Numbered from the stretch's first letter, positions 12,501-24,882 are shown. The stretch is 64,000 bases of DNA from Chromera velia (GCA_018398765.1 JAHBMJ010000112.1:62001-126000); one strand, 5' to 3'. The notes: generated by a model not told the origin, from the sequence alone. Made by a program: numbers and translations.

Positions 12501-13644
12501 TCTGCGGCAGGAGGGGGAGGGGGGGGAGGGGGCACGTCCTCGGAGTCAGCATGGGAAGAGACGGTCACTGCTGCTGGGAATGGACGTGCCTCCTGTGGAA
12601 GTGGACACGCATCTCCGACTGCCCCCATCAGACAGAGGTCGGCAAACATGAATGCCCTTTATTCACACATTCACACATTCATTCACTTCTCGAATCACGG
12701 CATATTGGTTCGATTCGATTGCGTGTCTGTCTGACTTTTTTGTGCATTTTTTGCATCGCATTGCATTCTCCTTTGCATTCTCCTTTGCATTCTCCTTTGC
12801 ATGATGTATTGCATTCTCCTTTGCATGATGTGGCATTAATTCACACTCGATTGATTACCCACGTCTGTTCTGTCTTTAGTGAACTCTTCAACTAGATAGA
12901 GAGATACCCTGCATCATGCATCTGTGTTCCTTCTCATCACAAGCGGGCAGACAGACAATTCCTTCTCATCTTCGTGAGATCCATCCATCCATGCAGCTCC
13001 TCTCGACACGCCCTGAGATGCAAACCCTCATCAATGCGGAACCGCCTTCTACCCCCACCCCCTCTCCCTCCAGAGGACGACCTCGATCTCGACAGAGGAG
13101 ATTCCTCTGGGGGAGAGACCTCCTTTCCCTTTCAACAAGCAGACAACCACGCTGAGAGTTTCTTTGGTTCAACCATCAAAATAGACAGGGGGCACCTTCA
13201 CAAAAGAGGCGGCAAGCCGCCCCGAATCCCCAATCACACCTCACCTCCAGCCCCCGGCTCACCTCCCCCCTTCCAGAGAAGCGGCCTCCCCCCCCTTCAA
13301 GGCCCCCAACTGCCTTCCTCTCGACGTGCGTCCCCGGGTCGACGCAGCAGCAGCAGCACAGGAGGAGGAAGTGCCTATCTAAAGCGACGACGAGCACAGA
13401 TGGGAAGAGGGAGGGAGAGAGAAAGGGGAAAATCTGCGTTTCAGAGTGGAGAAGGAGAGAGGAGTGGAAGCACCAGCGGAAGCGAAGACGCTCCAAGGGC
13501 CTCAACCGCAGCTCCCGACTCTCAACTGCACGCTGATTCTCTGACGGTCCGTCCGATGTCTCAACAGTGAATGGTGCGGAAAATAAATGCATCGGAGTGT
13601 CTTCGGTCGGCATTGTGTGGAATCTGAATGCCACGCTATGTATA

Positions 13645-13684
<40 letters not shown>

Positions 13685-16600
13685 CTCCGCGACGTCGAAG
13701 AGAGAGAAGAAGAAATTCGGTGTCTGCCCCCGTGTGTAGACCTCTGCCAGGCTGGGGGGGGAATTCGGGGGGAGGGGCAGACACTGATGGGGGTCCAATC
13801 CTTGGAGACCCTCATGACCGCTCCTCGCAGAAGAAGCAGAGCCTGCAGCAGGCAGGGCGTCAAAGTGGTGTCTTCTCTTCCTCCTCGACCTCTTTTCTCC
13901 AGGGAGACAGAGACAGAGAGGAGAACGTTCAGAGAGGCCCGAGACGTTCTCTGGGTCCAACGGAAATTTGTCCCTCTCTTCCTGACGGAACAACGGGAAG
14001 AGACAGGAGGAGAGACGCAGCTCGAATGGTCTCAAAGTCAAAAGACGAAGAAGAGGAGGAGGAAGACGAAGTTTTGAGGGGTCAAACACAGAGGAGGAGC
14101 ACTCGAGGGAGGGGACGGGAGCGAACAAGCAAAGGGAGTCAGAGAGAGACGGAGCCTGCTGAGGAGAGTGAGTTGAGTGCCTCTCTTCACTCCCCTTCGC
14201 GGGAAAGAAGAGAAAGAGAAACGACAGGCGGCAATTCTGTAAGGTAGGTGAGCAGCTGCATGTCAGATCAGAAAGAATATAATGAAGAAGATTCGAAAAG
14301 AACAAGACAGAGCATTTGACCTTAGTCTTATTTGCATCAACAAGTTTTTTCAAAGCAAAAGTTTCCCAGCTGTAGTGATTTCTAGGTCATTAGATTCCTT
14401 TCCCCGACACCATTGAATCTTTTGAGCTGCGTCGCTTTGGGCTGTTGTTTCACTATGTCACCCTCATTCTCTTCTTCATTCGGTCTGTTCACGACTGCAA
14501 GGCTCTGTCTGTTTTTCGACGATGCTTTTTCTGTAAGCACGGACACCTGGATTGATCTTTGTACGCGTCTGCAGAATAACAAGCAAAACAAGAAGACCAA
14601 AGTCAGACTCCGTCAGCAAACCATCCAGAGGGGAGACTTTACAGGTCCGTCTGTCAGAGCAAATCGAGATAGAAAAGGACAGAGTACAAAAACACTTTCT
14701 GGTGATCCGTTGGACCTATTCCGCAAACTCGAATCAGGTCAACAGCTGTTCTTTTCTCCCTTTCTTGCTTGCCTCCTTCCTTTCCTGTTTTCCTCATTCC
14801 TTTCCCCATTCGTTGTAAATGATTAAGTGACATTCGTCCGTTTGCTTAATTTCTTCATCTGTCTGTTCTTGTCATGAGCGCATGCAGGGCGAAATTCACA
14901 GCGCCGAGTTGCACAGCGGAGAAGAGGGAGAGGCGGCCGGAAGGAGGGGCAAGGAAGGAGGCAGCAGGCAGCGGGAGGCCCCCCCATGCAATCGGAGAAG
15001 CACTGTGGTGCTCTGGGGGGACAGCATGGAAGGTGAGGGTGCGGGGGGACAAAATCAGCAGCAACGTACGGGTTCGCACAAGCCAGCGGCCGCTCGTGAG
15101 TCCTCAGAAAGAGGAACGGAGACAGCAACGAGACAGAGAAGCCCCAGTGCCTGCCCCCCATCATCTTCTGCCGCAGGAGCAGATTTCGACATGCTTGCGC
15201 CGAGCGGGGGTGCGCGATCTAGGAAGGTTTTGTGTACAGAACTGTCCGAGGAACAGGCTGTGGGTGCAAAATCGAAAGAAGAGAACGAAGCACGAAGTTC
15301 AGATGAAGGAAACGGCTCTCAATTAGCCGAGAGCACCGATAACTCCCCCAGAGTGAGGGAGACCGGAAAAGTAAAAGGATCCCCCCATGGGGGGAAGCGA
15401 AAGCGTCGAGGATCCACCAACGAAGCCCGCGACAGTGGGTGCAAACCTCAGGAGGAGCCAGATGATCGAACTAGTGCAGAGGATGGCCCATTACCGTCCA
15501 GCCCCAACCGACGTTACCCCTCTTTTGGAACTGCAAAGTCGGGGTCAAAAGTGGGAGGGGATTCTGCAGAGGGACTTGACGAAGAAGGGGGCTGGGAAGA
15601 TGGGGGGGACACTCAAGAGACAAATGCTGCTGCGGAAGAGAATGAACAACAAGCGAAGCAGAGACTGCTACAGCGCGCAGGGCTCCGTGCAGGTCGTCCC
15701 ATGAGGCCGTCTGTGTCCTCCAGCATAGCCGCGGCCCCCGGTATTCCTCTGAACCCCCTTCCAGAGGCAATGCAGGCGCCCTCACTAGGTCAGGGGGGGA
15801 GGGGGAGTGCTTACCTCCTCCTCTGCGACTCCCAGGGAGAGACAGGAGGGGGCGACGCTCCATCTCTGTCCACATTGGAGGGTCCTACTGGTGGGCCCTC
15901 TGCGCCTGTGCCGCCGCCTCAAGGAGCACCCCTGAATCACCAAGGCTGGACTGACGCCGCCCCTGTAGGCCTCCCAGAGCTTCCTCAACTGTATGGACAG
16001 ACGATTGAGGCCAAAGCAACCGGGATGAAGCCGCCGAATGATGAATCAGAGGTCGCAAGGAGGGAAAGAGACCCGATGAATCTGAGGAGGAAAAAACCGA
16101 AACCCCCTCCTGCCTCCGACCCGATGGCTCCTCTCCGCTCTCCCTTCACATCTTTCCAACATCCAATGCTCCCCTCCGTCCACACATTCGAATTCGAGAA
16201 AAACCACAGCAACAACCTGAGACGACGTGCAGATTCGGACTCTGAGTGCGTCACTTCTCGGTGCATTGGCACTGGGAGAGCAACACAATCCCCTTTTCCT
16301 CTGCGCACAGGGACGCTCGAAGAGACGGTCACAGTCTCTGTAGCCCCAACCGAATACCCACACTCCACCTACAAACCCTCCAAAGCAGTAGCTTCCTCCA
16401 CAGGTGATCGCAAAGTAGCCTTTCACGCCGAATATCCGAACAGCGCTGAGACGAACGACAATCCCGAAGAGAATCTCAATGACTCCCAAACTGTGCCTCT
16501 CCCTCCCGGCTCTCTCCCAATTGTGCCTTCCCACCTCCTCCTAGCCCACTCACAGCCTTACTCGAATACCCCACAGGGGACGAAAGCAGAAAAGGAAAAC

Positions 16601-18208
16601 GAGGAAGAGAAGGAGGCACATTCAGGCCTCCCCCTCTCATCCGACTCAGAAGAGGACAGAGAGCGACACCGCGACTCTTCACGAGAGAAAAGGGAGAGTC
16701 AAAAAATGGTCAGAAGACAAGGTGGGCAGTATTCCGGTTCGCCCGCAGGACAAGTTCTGCTGACAGATAGTAACACAGTAGCCCAAGCACCAAACCCCAG
16801 GACCAGGACAGTAGACTCTGCTGGAGTGACAGGAGTCCTCTCCTCAACGTCCTTCTCCCACCCCCCCGCCCTCCCCGGGTGGATCGTCGCAGAGCCCCCG
16901 ACCCTTCAGAGCCGAATGGACTCACGCCAGGAGGAGATGATGGCAGAACAGCAACAGCCCAAAGGCACCACCCGTCCCCCCTCCAAAACCGCACATGCCT
17001 CTATCGAGGCTTCACATGCTGTCTCGAAAGTCACAAAAGGCAAATTTCGACATGATGAAATGAAGCCGAATGCGAGCTTTGACAGCTCAGACGACGAGAG
17101 AGAAGAAGAAGATGATGATGAAGAAGAAGAAGAAGAAGAAGAACAGGAAGAGAAGCACCGAGAACGAGGGCACAGAAGAGGCTCTCTGGAAAAGGTGCAC
17201 AAACCCCGAAATCGAAATTCTCCTTCAGGACCCCACAGGCACGGGAAGCGTCCACCGTCTGGGACGGGAAGGCAAAGCCCGACGAGGGGTCGCAACGGGG
17301 GGGTGATTGGTGTCCCTCCTTCCCCTTCCCCAGAAGACTCCTCGGACTACTCCCATACGCGCCCTCAGGAAGCGCACAGGCGGGGATGGAGGGCGAAAAG
17401 AGAGGGTCAAAAAGGGCAGAGGAGGCAAAAAGAGAGAGGCGAGTCACTGTTTCAAAAGGACGAAGAGAAAGAAAAGGAATCCGTTCATCATTCCTGGAGA
17501 AGAAAAAAGAAGAAGAGTACAAGGACAGGAGATCGCACCCTTTCCTTCCATCCCCCATTGCGCGCTTGGACCGGCCGGCACGAAGGGAGAAAAAGAGAGA
17601 TTTCACTTAGTTCTCCTTCTCTGCGTAAGTCTGATTCAAGACGGCGTGTGGACGATTCCGCTTTTGATCTGGAGAGAGGGGACTCGTATGGAGAGAGAGT
17701 TGAAAAGAAGGCTCGGGGCGCAGATGACGACCGTGGTGTCAACTCTCGATGGAGGGCTCTTTCAAGCAGACGCTTGTTTTGGGAAATTTTGGATGTTGGG
17801 CTTGTGTTTGTAGGAGCCGGGTGTGCTCTTGCAGGCCAAGTCGGAGCGTTGGTGCTCCCAGTTGAGACGCTGTCCTCTCCTGTGAGAGAAAGCAAGAAAG
17901 AGCCACAGGAAAACACCCAGGCAGTCGCTTTTGCCTGGTCTCTGCTTTCAAGTTTCTCTCTCATTGCGTCCACAGCTGTGTTGTTGCGGGTGCTCTTTCG
18001 TCCATCCGTCAGGGCAGAGCGGCTTCGGTGTGTTGGAAGGAGATTACGGAGAGTGGCAGAAGGGAGTGAGAACGTGTCGACGTATTTGAATGACCTGCTG
18101 GGTCTCAGAACCCTGTACAGAATCACGCGCGACGGCTGGAAGCAATTGGATGGAGTGAGTCTTGAAGAAGATGAGATTGCTAGATGCATCGGGCGGAGGG
18201 TCTGCTGA
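6597..18208 (+). CDS. Very large (~3,100 aa) multi-exon protein; low-complexity disordered core with a pair of TM helices near each end (SLATT-like); start uncertain
   Basis: Phase-consistent exon chain: (6597-6675 tentative), ~6957/7013-7377, 7654-8019, 8146-10519, 10849-11964, 12180-12255, 12397-12637, 12997-13546, 13684-14243, 14575-14737, 14888-18208 (stop). Hydrophobic pairs LPLFVAAVILVVLVAL / GLVTASFGVVVVILVVSLF and ILDVGLVFVGAGCALAG / FAWSLLSSFSLIASTAVLL. Confidence 0.8.
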
Positions 18209-18239
18209 TGCATCGAATTGTTGCAAATCTGTTTCCTCC

Positions 18240-19130
18240 ATTGAAACTAACCCATTATGAATTTAAACTGATTTATGTTTTTAAAGAACATGTCAAAACT
18301 TAGTGAAGCTAGTTTACCAGCAATACCACTGGCATAGTATTTAATGTAGCTAAATCATTAGCTTAAATTAGAGTTGTTAAATACCACCTAGGATAAATAC
18401 CAATAACCGTTATTTGGGGGTTAAATATCGAATTTAACTAGGAATTTAATAAAAATATGCTTTAAATGTAGTTATACAAGCACGCCTTGACGGCGGCACC
18501 ATCACTGGTTACATCAGTGCATGCCAGTGTGCATGGGCCAGCTGCCTAGCCAGCTGCTAGGCCAGCTGCTAGTTTCAATTAGTTTCAATTGCCAATGAGT
18601 CCCTAAATTTACTAGTATAGTGGAATATGTTCTAGAATATTTTAGATTATATATGCTAGAAATTAATTATACGAGAAACAAGCCTTTCAGAATAAATAAA
18701 GTGAAGTGTTTGATCTAGTGTTTGATCGAATTACTAGTCGAATTACGATTGAAGTTTAAAATTTAAGGTGCTGAACTAGCTACTATAAGTAATTAGGTAT
18801 AGTATAGCATTTTGACTTAAATTTTAAGCTCAAGTTTGGATTATAATTTAAGTTTGGTACTCAAGCCGGTACGCTAGCAACTAAGCAATTAGGTATAGGC
18901 TAGCAATTTAACTTAAATTTTATTCGTCAGTATTGAAGTTACGAATTCAGTTCATAATGTAGTATTAAATCTTCAATCTAGTCTTCAACATAGTATAACT
19001 AAATATTAATTAAACGTTTGACTATTCAGTCATGACACAGTTATATTGCTTCTTAGTTTATTCGAGATCACCACTAATCACTATCACTATCACTATCGCT
19101 GATTCAATTGTAAATCAACGTTGAATGCTA
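18240..19130. other. AT-rich, TpA/CTAG-rich non-coding tract between convergent genes
   Basis: Abrupt drop in GC after the stop at 18208, no ORFs in the track, dense TAG/CTA/TTA. Confidence 0.8.
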
Positions 19131-19818
19131 GGTTGAATGGACAGTTTCGAATCCATCACAGCACACCCTCGAGTACAGTATTGGATCAAGAGGCCTCCTA
19201 GGAGGCCTTAGGAGGCCTCAGGCTGCGCAAGACGTTTAAGTTAGAAGGTCAATGAAAGCAAACTTGCAGCTTCGATGATGGAGACAATTAAATAGAAGCA
19301 ACAGCACAACCACAGCCAGCCAGCGAGACAGCAACCACACGGGAAAAACATCATCACTTCAAGATCATGCACGCGTGTCAGTTCACGAAGTTGACGCACG
19401 CAATGTACACAACCCTGCATGCGTCCTTGGTTTCGTCCAACCTCATGGTCATCAACTTCTCACCTGACCACGCAGGACGTCACAGAGTGACAGCAGGGAT
19501 TGATCTGAACAATCCGAGCTGTGCATGAACCTAAAAACTTTCCTACTCCCTTCATTTCTTGCGGGATTTGCGATCGGCACACATAATAGAGCTGCGAAAA
19601 ACGCAGCCTCTTTGGGTGAAGGCCTTGTACTCTTCCTTTTGCTGCGTCTTCCACAGTCGGGGAAGGTACCACAAGGGAGCGCAAACGGGTAAGGGTAATT
19701 GGATGCGAAAACCCCTGCACATGCACAAGCCTCCAGAGAAGGCTGGGTGATTACAGGCACGTTAACTAAACAAATGGCTTAACTGAAACTCGATTGCACT
19801 CTAAGTCTCTTTTTGATT

Positions 19819-21110
19819 TTATCTCACCCTTCTTCGGAGGAGCAGTCTGTTTCCCTTCTTCCCATCTGCTTCGCTTTCTGCTTCTGTGCTGTCCTGCACA
19901 ACTGTCACGGTGTCCTTCTCCTCTGCCTCCACGGTCACACCATACACACTAGGCATGCGGGGGCCGGGACGAACGACGGCACATCCGGTCCCGTCGAATC
20001 CGGGACGGCTGCAGTCCATCTCGGCCACCAGGCGGCTGCTCCAGGGGCACCTGCAGAACAAAGACCAGACAGACTGATTCATGAACATGTATCAACGCTT
20101 GATAGTGATTTTCTGTCTCACTTTTAGAGCTCGCTCACTCACTCCCTCGTCGACTCAGTGCACACCCCTCCACTCATACTTTCACATTACGCTTCCTCTC
20201 ATTTCCTCACTTACCCTTCCACATGCGTGCGCACCCCCACATACTGTGTACGCATAGGTAGAGATAGATGGGCGGGGAGGGAGGGAAGGTCAGGTAGGAA
20301 CAAGAAAACGGAAGGGACTGACCAAACCCTGTTGGGAAGGAAGTCTGTGCCAACTTCAGAGAGGCCGTCCTCCACGAATTGCATGTTCGCATCGCATACC
20401 TGAAAGGGGAACAGGCAAAAAGCAGGCCATCGGAAACTTTGGTTGTGTTGCATGTTGCATGTCGGTTCTGGAAGGCGAAGTCACGCTGAGGTGGGAGATT
20501 CTAGTTTCTACGGCCGCGTGAGAATCTTCATGCGATGCAAATAGGAGATTCTTTGCTGGGGAGGAATCGGTGGAGACAGCATGGCTGGTGTGTGTTACGG
20601 GTGCCTGAGTTGCTTGTTGTTGCTGAGATGGAGATGTTGCATGAATTAAGTGGCGTTGTTTGGTGTCGATGTTGATAAGTGTTGATCTGTTCAATGGAGT
20701 GACAAGTCTCTGTGACAGTGAAGCTGAGGGAGACAGTAAAAGAGTGCACTCACCTCTACAGCCATCTCAAAGAACAGAATCGAATCCTCTGCCAGGTGGA
20801 AGCTCCAGTCGGGGTTGTAAGAAACAGTTCCGTTTTCAACTCTTCCCATAACGTGACGAGTCTCCTCGAAGACGCTGCCCTGATTCTGGAGGATCTCACG
20901 AGCTTCCCTGATCTTCTCTTCATCAACCAGTCTGAAGACAAACAGCTTCTGGGTCGAATCTGTGAACGCAAAGTGGGCCTCGACCGGTACTGGTGTTCGT
21001 GAGGTGTTGTTCGACGTATCGTTGACGCTCAAAGAAATGGGGTCCGCGCTGGCCGTGCTCAGAGCCCCCAGAACAGCCATCCAGATCCAGAGAACCGACA
21101 TTGAAGGCAT
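19819..21110 (-). CDS. Secreted BP74-N / CaM-BP15-like domain protein, 3 exons, ~221 aa
   Basis: Exons 21110-20754, 20399-20323, 20050-19819 join in frame. They give a signal peptide plus EAHFAFTD..FVFRLVDEEKIREAREIL..HVMGRV..YNPDWSFHL..SILFFEMAVEVCDANMQFVE..FLPNRVWCPWSSRL, which matches my recollection of this family. Confidence 0.82.
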
Positions 21111-21575
21111 CCAGAAGAAGAAAAAAGACTGATGAGCTCTCAAAGTCACTGTGTTTTGATGCTTCTTCCCACAGAACAACAGAAAGGCCGGAGTCAGCAA
21201 CAAACAGACGAATCTTTGAACTACCGTGACCCGACGTACAAGAAAACCGTGTCAGAGAGAAATGTTCAGAAGGGCCTGCGCTTTGGATCTCTGCGACTGC
21301 CGACGGAATTTCTTCAGAGGCCTGGACCTTCCTTGGATTTGAAATTATATATAAGTGAACCACGGGTGGAAAAATATATATGTTTTTCGATCCGACGATT
21401 TGATCCGAATATTGTGTTGTTGCACTGAAATTTGTTCGATCGATCGCTTTAAATTGTTGCAATGCATGCACGTATATGCATCTTACGCCATGCAGCTTAA
21501 TTGGGGGGCACATTTCTGCCGCCGCGGCGGACCAGTGGTTGGGCGTTCTATGCATGTAGGTCGGGGGAGCTCTGC

Positions 21576-21681
21576 GCCGATGCCCTGTCCAAAACTCGAG
21601 TTTTCGCTGAAATTTCCCTCCAAACTCGAGTTTTTGAGCTTTGACCCGAAACTCGAGTTTTGGGGCTTGAGCTAGGAGGGC
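21576..21681. mobile_element. 106-bp MITE-like insertion with 8-bp target duplication
   Basis: AGCTCTGC at 21568-21575 and 21682-21689. Ends GCC...GGC. Subterminal CCAAAACTCGAGTTT inverted at both sides; three AAACTCGAGTTT palindromes. Confidence 0.6.
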
Positions 21682-21900
21682 AGCTCTGCAACATAGGAGA
21701 CGGAATACGTGGCCTGGCCTGGAACGCCGCTCACTGGCTTCGTTTCAACCTGCACCGGGTTCATTTTCCCCGAGCAGAGGCCTCCTGCTAGATTATTGGA
21801 CACGTGCTGGCCAGCATCGCAGACGGGCTGATGGTTGAAACGAAGTACGACAGTGCTCGACAGCGGTTCCATATTGACGAAGAACTATAGTGAGTCAACC

Positions 21901-23842
21901 ATGAAGCGTCTACTGCTCGGACTCAGTCTATGCGCGTCGTTTCTGTGTCTCTCTGTGCGTGCAAGGTCGAGTCACATACCCCTTTTCCAATCGCCTCCTC
22001 TTGGCCGTTTCCGGTCACTTTCTGCAAAGAGACGGCTTGTGTCCCCAACGTCTCCAAAGGAGACGGCACTACGTGAAGACAAGCGCACGACCCTCTCCGC
22101 AGTCGACCCGGGGGTCCTTCTCTACCAGTTGCAGCAGGGAGCAGGGGATTTGGTGACACAGCAGGTCTGTCTTTTTCTCCACGCGTCTTTGTTTGAGCCA
22201 GGGGGGAGGAAGTCACGAGAGACGGACCAGAGCTGTACGATGCCTTTGTACAAAACGCTGTCTTCGTTTTTTGTCTCTGCAGCTCACTCACGTGACGCCC
22301 CTCAGCTTCGCGCTCCTCTTCGGAACGGGTTTGATAACAGCACTCTCTCCGTGCTCTGCTGCCCTGCTGCCCCTGACGATTGCTTACCTTTCGGGGGGGC
22401 GGAAAGGTAAAGGGAGAAGGAGACGGAGACGGGCATCCGCAGATGGACAGTTGTCATCAACGGAAGTGTTGTCAGAAGGTGGGGCAACGTCAGTCGACGG
22501 AGAAGAAACAGCTCCGGGTGTGGGGGTGATGAAGTTGCCAGACGCGGAGGAAGAAGAGGAGGCGGATCTCCCGCTTCCTTTGGCAGCGTCTCTCTTTGCT
22601 CTGGGGTTGTGTTTCAGTCTGTCTTCTCTTGGGCTTTTGGCTTCCCTTGCTGGTGCGGGGATCTTTGGGCAGCTCCGAATCGAGGTCTTGCTGAGTCCGG
22701 AGGTTTCAACTTACATCGATGTGCTTCCCCTCTTGGCTGCGCTTCTTGCTGTGGGCATGGGTCTGAACGTTTTGGGACTTTTGGATGTCTCGTTTCCAAG
22801 CATAGATCTGATGCCCGGGAAAAAGGAGAGCGAAAAAAACATGCCGAAGTCCTTACAGGCCTTCGCTTTCGGTCAGCAGTCTGATATCTCCTTCTCTGCT
22901 CTGCTCTTGGGGTTGACTGCATCGTCTATTGTCACCTGTAGTGCGAGTGTTTAATCGAGGAAGCCACTTCGATCGAACTTTCGCGTAAATTCTGGACTCC
23001 GAGCGGTTCAAAGTTGCTCTACGCTTGCTGATACTCTGCGTAGAGCTGGTCACTTTTTACGTCCGGCCGCCTGCGGTTCCGGTCGTAAAGTTGCTCTACG
23101 CTTGCTGATACTCTGCGTAGAGCTGGTCACTTTTTACGTCCGGCCGCCTGCGGTTCCGGACGTAAAAAGTGACCAGCTCTGATCAACCGCTCGGAGTCCA
23201 GCATTTACACGAAAGTTCTTTTGGCACTTGCTAGTCTTTCTCCGGTTTCCCCCCATTCTTTCCTCCTGTCGTTAAGTGATCTGTTCACTCCAGCCTTGTG
23301 GTTTCCTGGTGTGTGCGTGTGTGTGTGTGTGTGTGCGCGCGCGCGCGCGTTTGTATGCCCGTCTCCCTGTGCGCATTTATACGTGCGTCTGTGCGTCTGC
23401 GTCAGGGAGCGAATTAAGGGAAGGAAAAGAGGGGGGGCAGCACAGGACGGATTGGATGCCACCGGGAGTGACTGAAGTGCAGACCTACCTGCCCAGAGCT
23501 CTATCCCCTGCGTGACCCCATTTCCTCGTACCCTCCCTGTGCGTGCGTGCAGGTGCAAGCTCCGGCCTCGTGTCGACGCCCTGTTCGACCCCCGTGCTGG
23601 CTGCCGTGTTGGCTTTCGTCGCAAAGGAACAGGACCCATTGCTGGGTGCTGCTCTCCTCCTGGCCTACACGGCTGGGTTCTCGGCACCAGTAATTGCTGC
23701 GGGGGTGGCTTCGAGCTCGGTCTTGGAGGCAGTCACGAAAGGAAGCAGCAAGCTGCAATGGATCACACCTCTGACCGGGAGTGCACTTGTGAGTTATGGC
23801 ACTTATGCGGGCCTATCTGCTATCTTGGGGCCTCCGGTTTGA
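21901..23842 (+). CDS. ccdA: Plastid-targeted cytochrome c biogenesis protein CcdA (DsbD TM domain), 3 exons
   Basis: Exons 21901-22164, 22283-22871, 23553-23842. Redox Cys motifs GLITALSPCSAALLPLTIAYL and GLVSTPCSTPVLAAVLAFVA. N-terminal signal peptide followed by an R/S-rich transit-like segment. Confidence 0.93.
22975..23218. repeat. Fold-back element in ccdA intron 2: 34-bp terminal inverted repeats, internal 77-bp duplication and nested hairpins
   Basis: GAACTTTCGCGTAAATTCTGGACTCCGAGCGGTT (22975-23008) pairs with 23185-23218 with 2 mismatches. Internal perfect stem AGAGCTGGTCACTTTTTACGTCCGG / CCGGACGTAAAAAGTGACCAGCTCT. Confidence 0.88.
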
Positions 23843-24729
23843 CGGTACTTTTTCTCTGCATGAGGACCTGCAGAAATAAAGTCTCTACATACATGTATGT
23901 TGCATTTGAATTCAGACGATCTTGCATTTGACCCCGGAAAGTTCGCCAGCTGGTTGGGCCCATGTACCTATCTAGCTGGAGACTCAGTTGTGGACGCAGA
24001 ACTTAAAGCAGTGCTCTGTCTTCACCCGCGAGGTGTGTATTGCATGCACTTTTCAGAATGTTCAAGGGGCATTGTCCGTGTTTATTCGCAGTGTAGCGGC
24101 AAGGTGGGAGGGCGGAAGGAATGGAGGAGGTGGGGGGAGGAACGACGAGAAGGGGCAGGTAGGCAGGAAGGAATGAAGGAAGGGGGGAAACAAGAGAAAA
24201 AGAAAAGTCTCTCACAACGGCACGAAAAAGGAAAAGAAAAAATAAAGGAAGGAGCAGATGAAAGAAACAATGGGAGAGAACACAAAATGCCAGGGAAGGG
24301 AGAGAGAGGGGAGGGGAGGGGAGGAGAGAAGAGGACGGGAAAGGGGAAAATCGAGGGAATGCAAGTGGAAAGAAGCAAGATTTACGGGAAAGGAAAACGA
24401 AGAAGATGAAGACGAAAGGATGGGAAGGGGGAGCGGGACACAAACGAAAGAAATAAAGAAGGGGCAGGAAGGGGATGACAAAGCAGACCTGGAATCAACC
24501 AAGCATGCAAACAAACAAAGAAAGAGAGAGAGAAAGAAAACAGAAAAATCATTGGATACACAGAGAAGGGGGGAAAACGATAGGAAAAAAAGGAAAGTTT
24601 ATCTTATCACAGTTTTTTGTGCTAGTTTTCGTGTTGTCTCCTTGTATCTTTTGTACTAGTTTTCGTGTTGTCTCCTTGATGTTGTCACATGTTCAAGCAC
24701 ATGTTACTGTATGGCTGTAATCAGAATAC

Positions 24730-24786
24730 TCACACTTACACACATACACACACATAGACACACATACTCTCTCTCTCTCACACACA

Positions 24787-24829
<43 letters not shown>

Positions 24830-24846
24830 GCACGCACATTCAGTGT

Positions 24847-24882
<36 letters not shown>

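Noticed and set aside
19190..19222. Palindrome AGGCCTCCTAGGAGGCCT with partial repeat
   Set aside because: Short and isolated; no second copy or associated structure seen.
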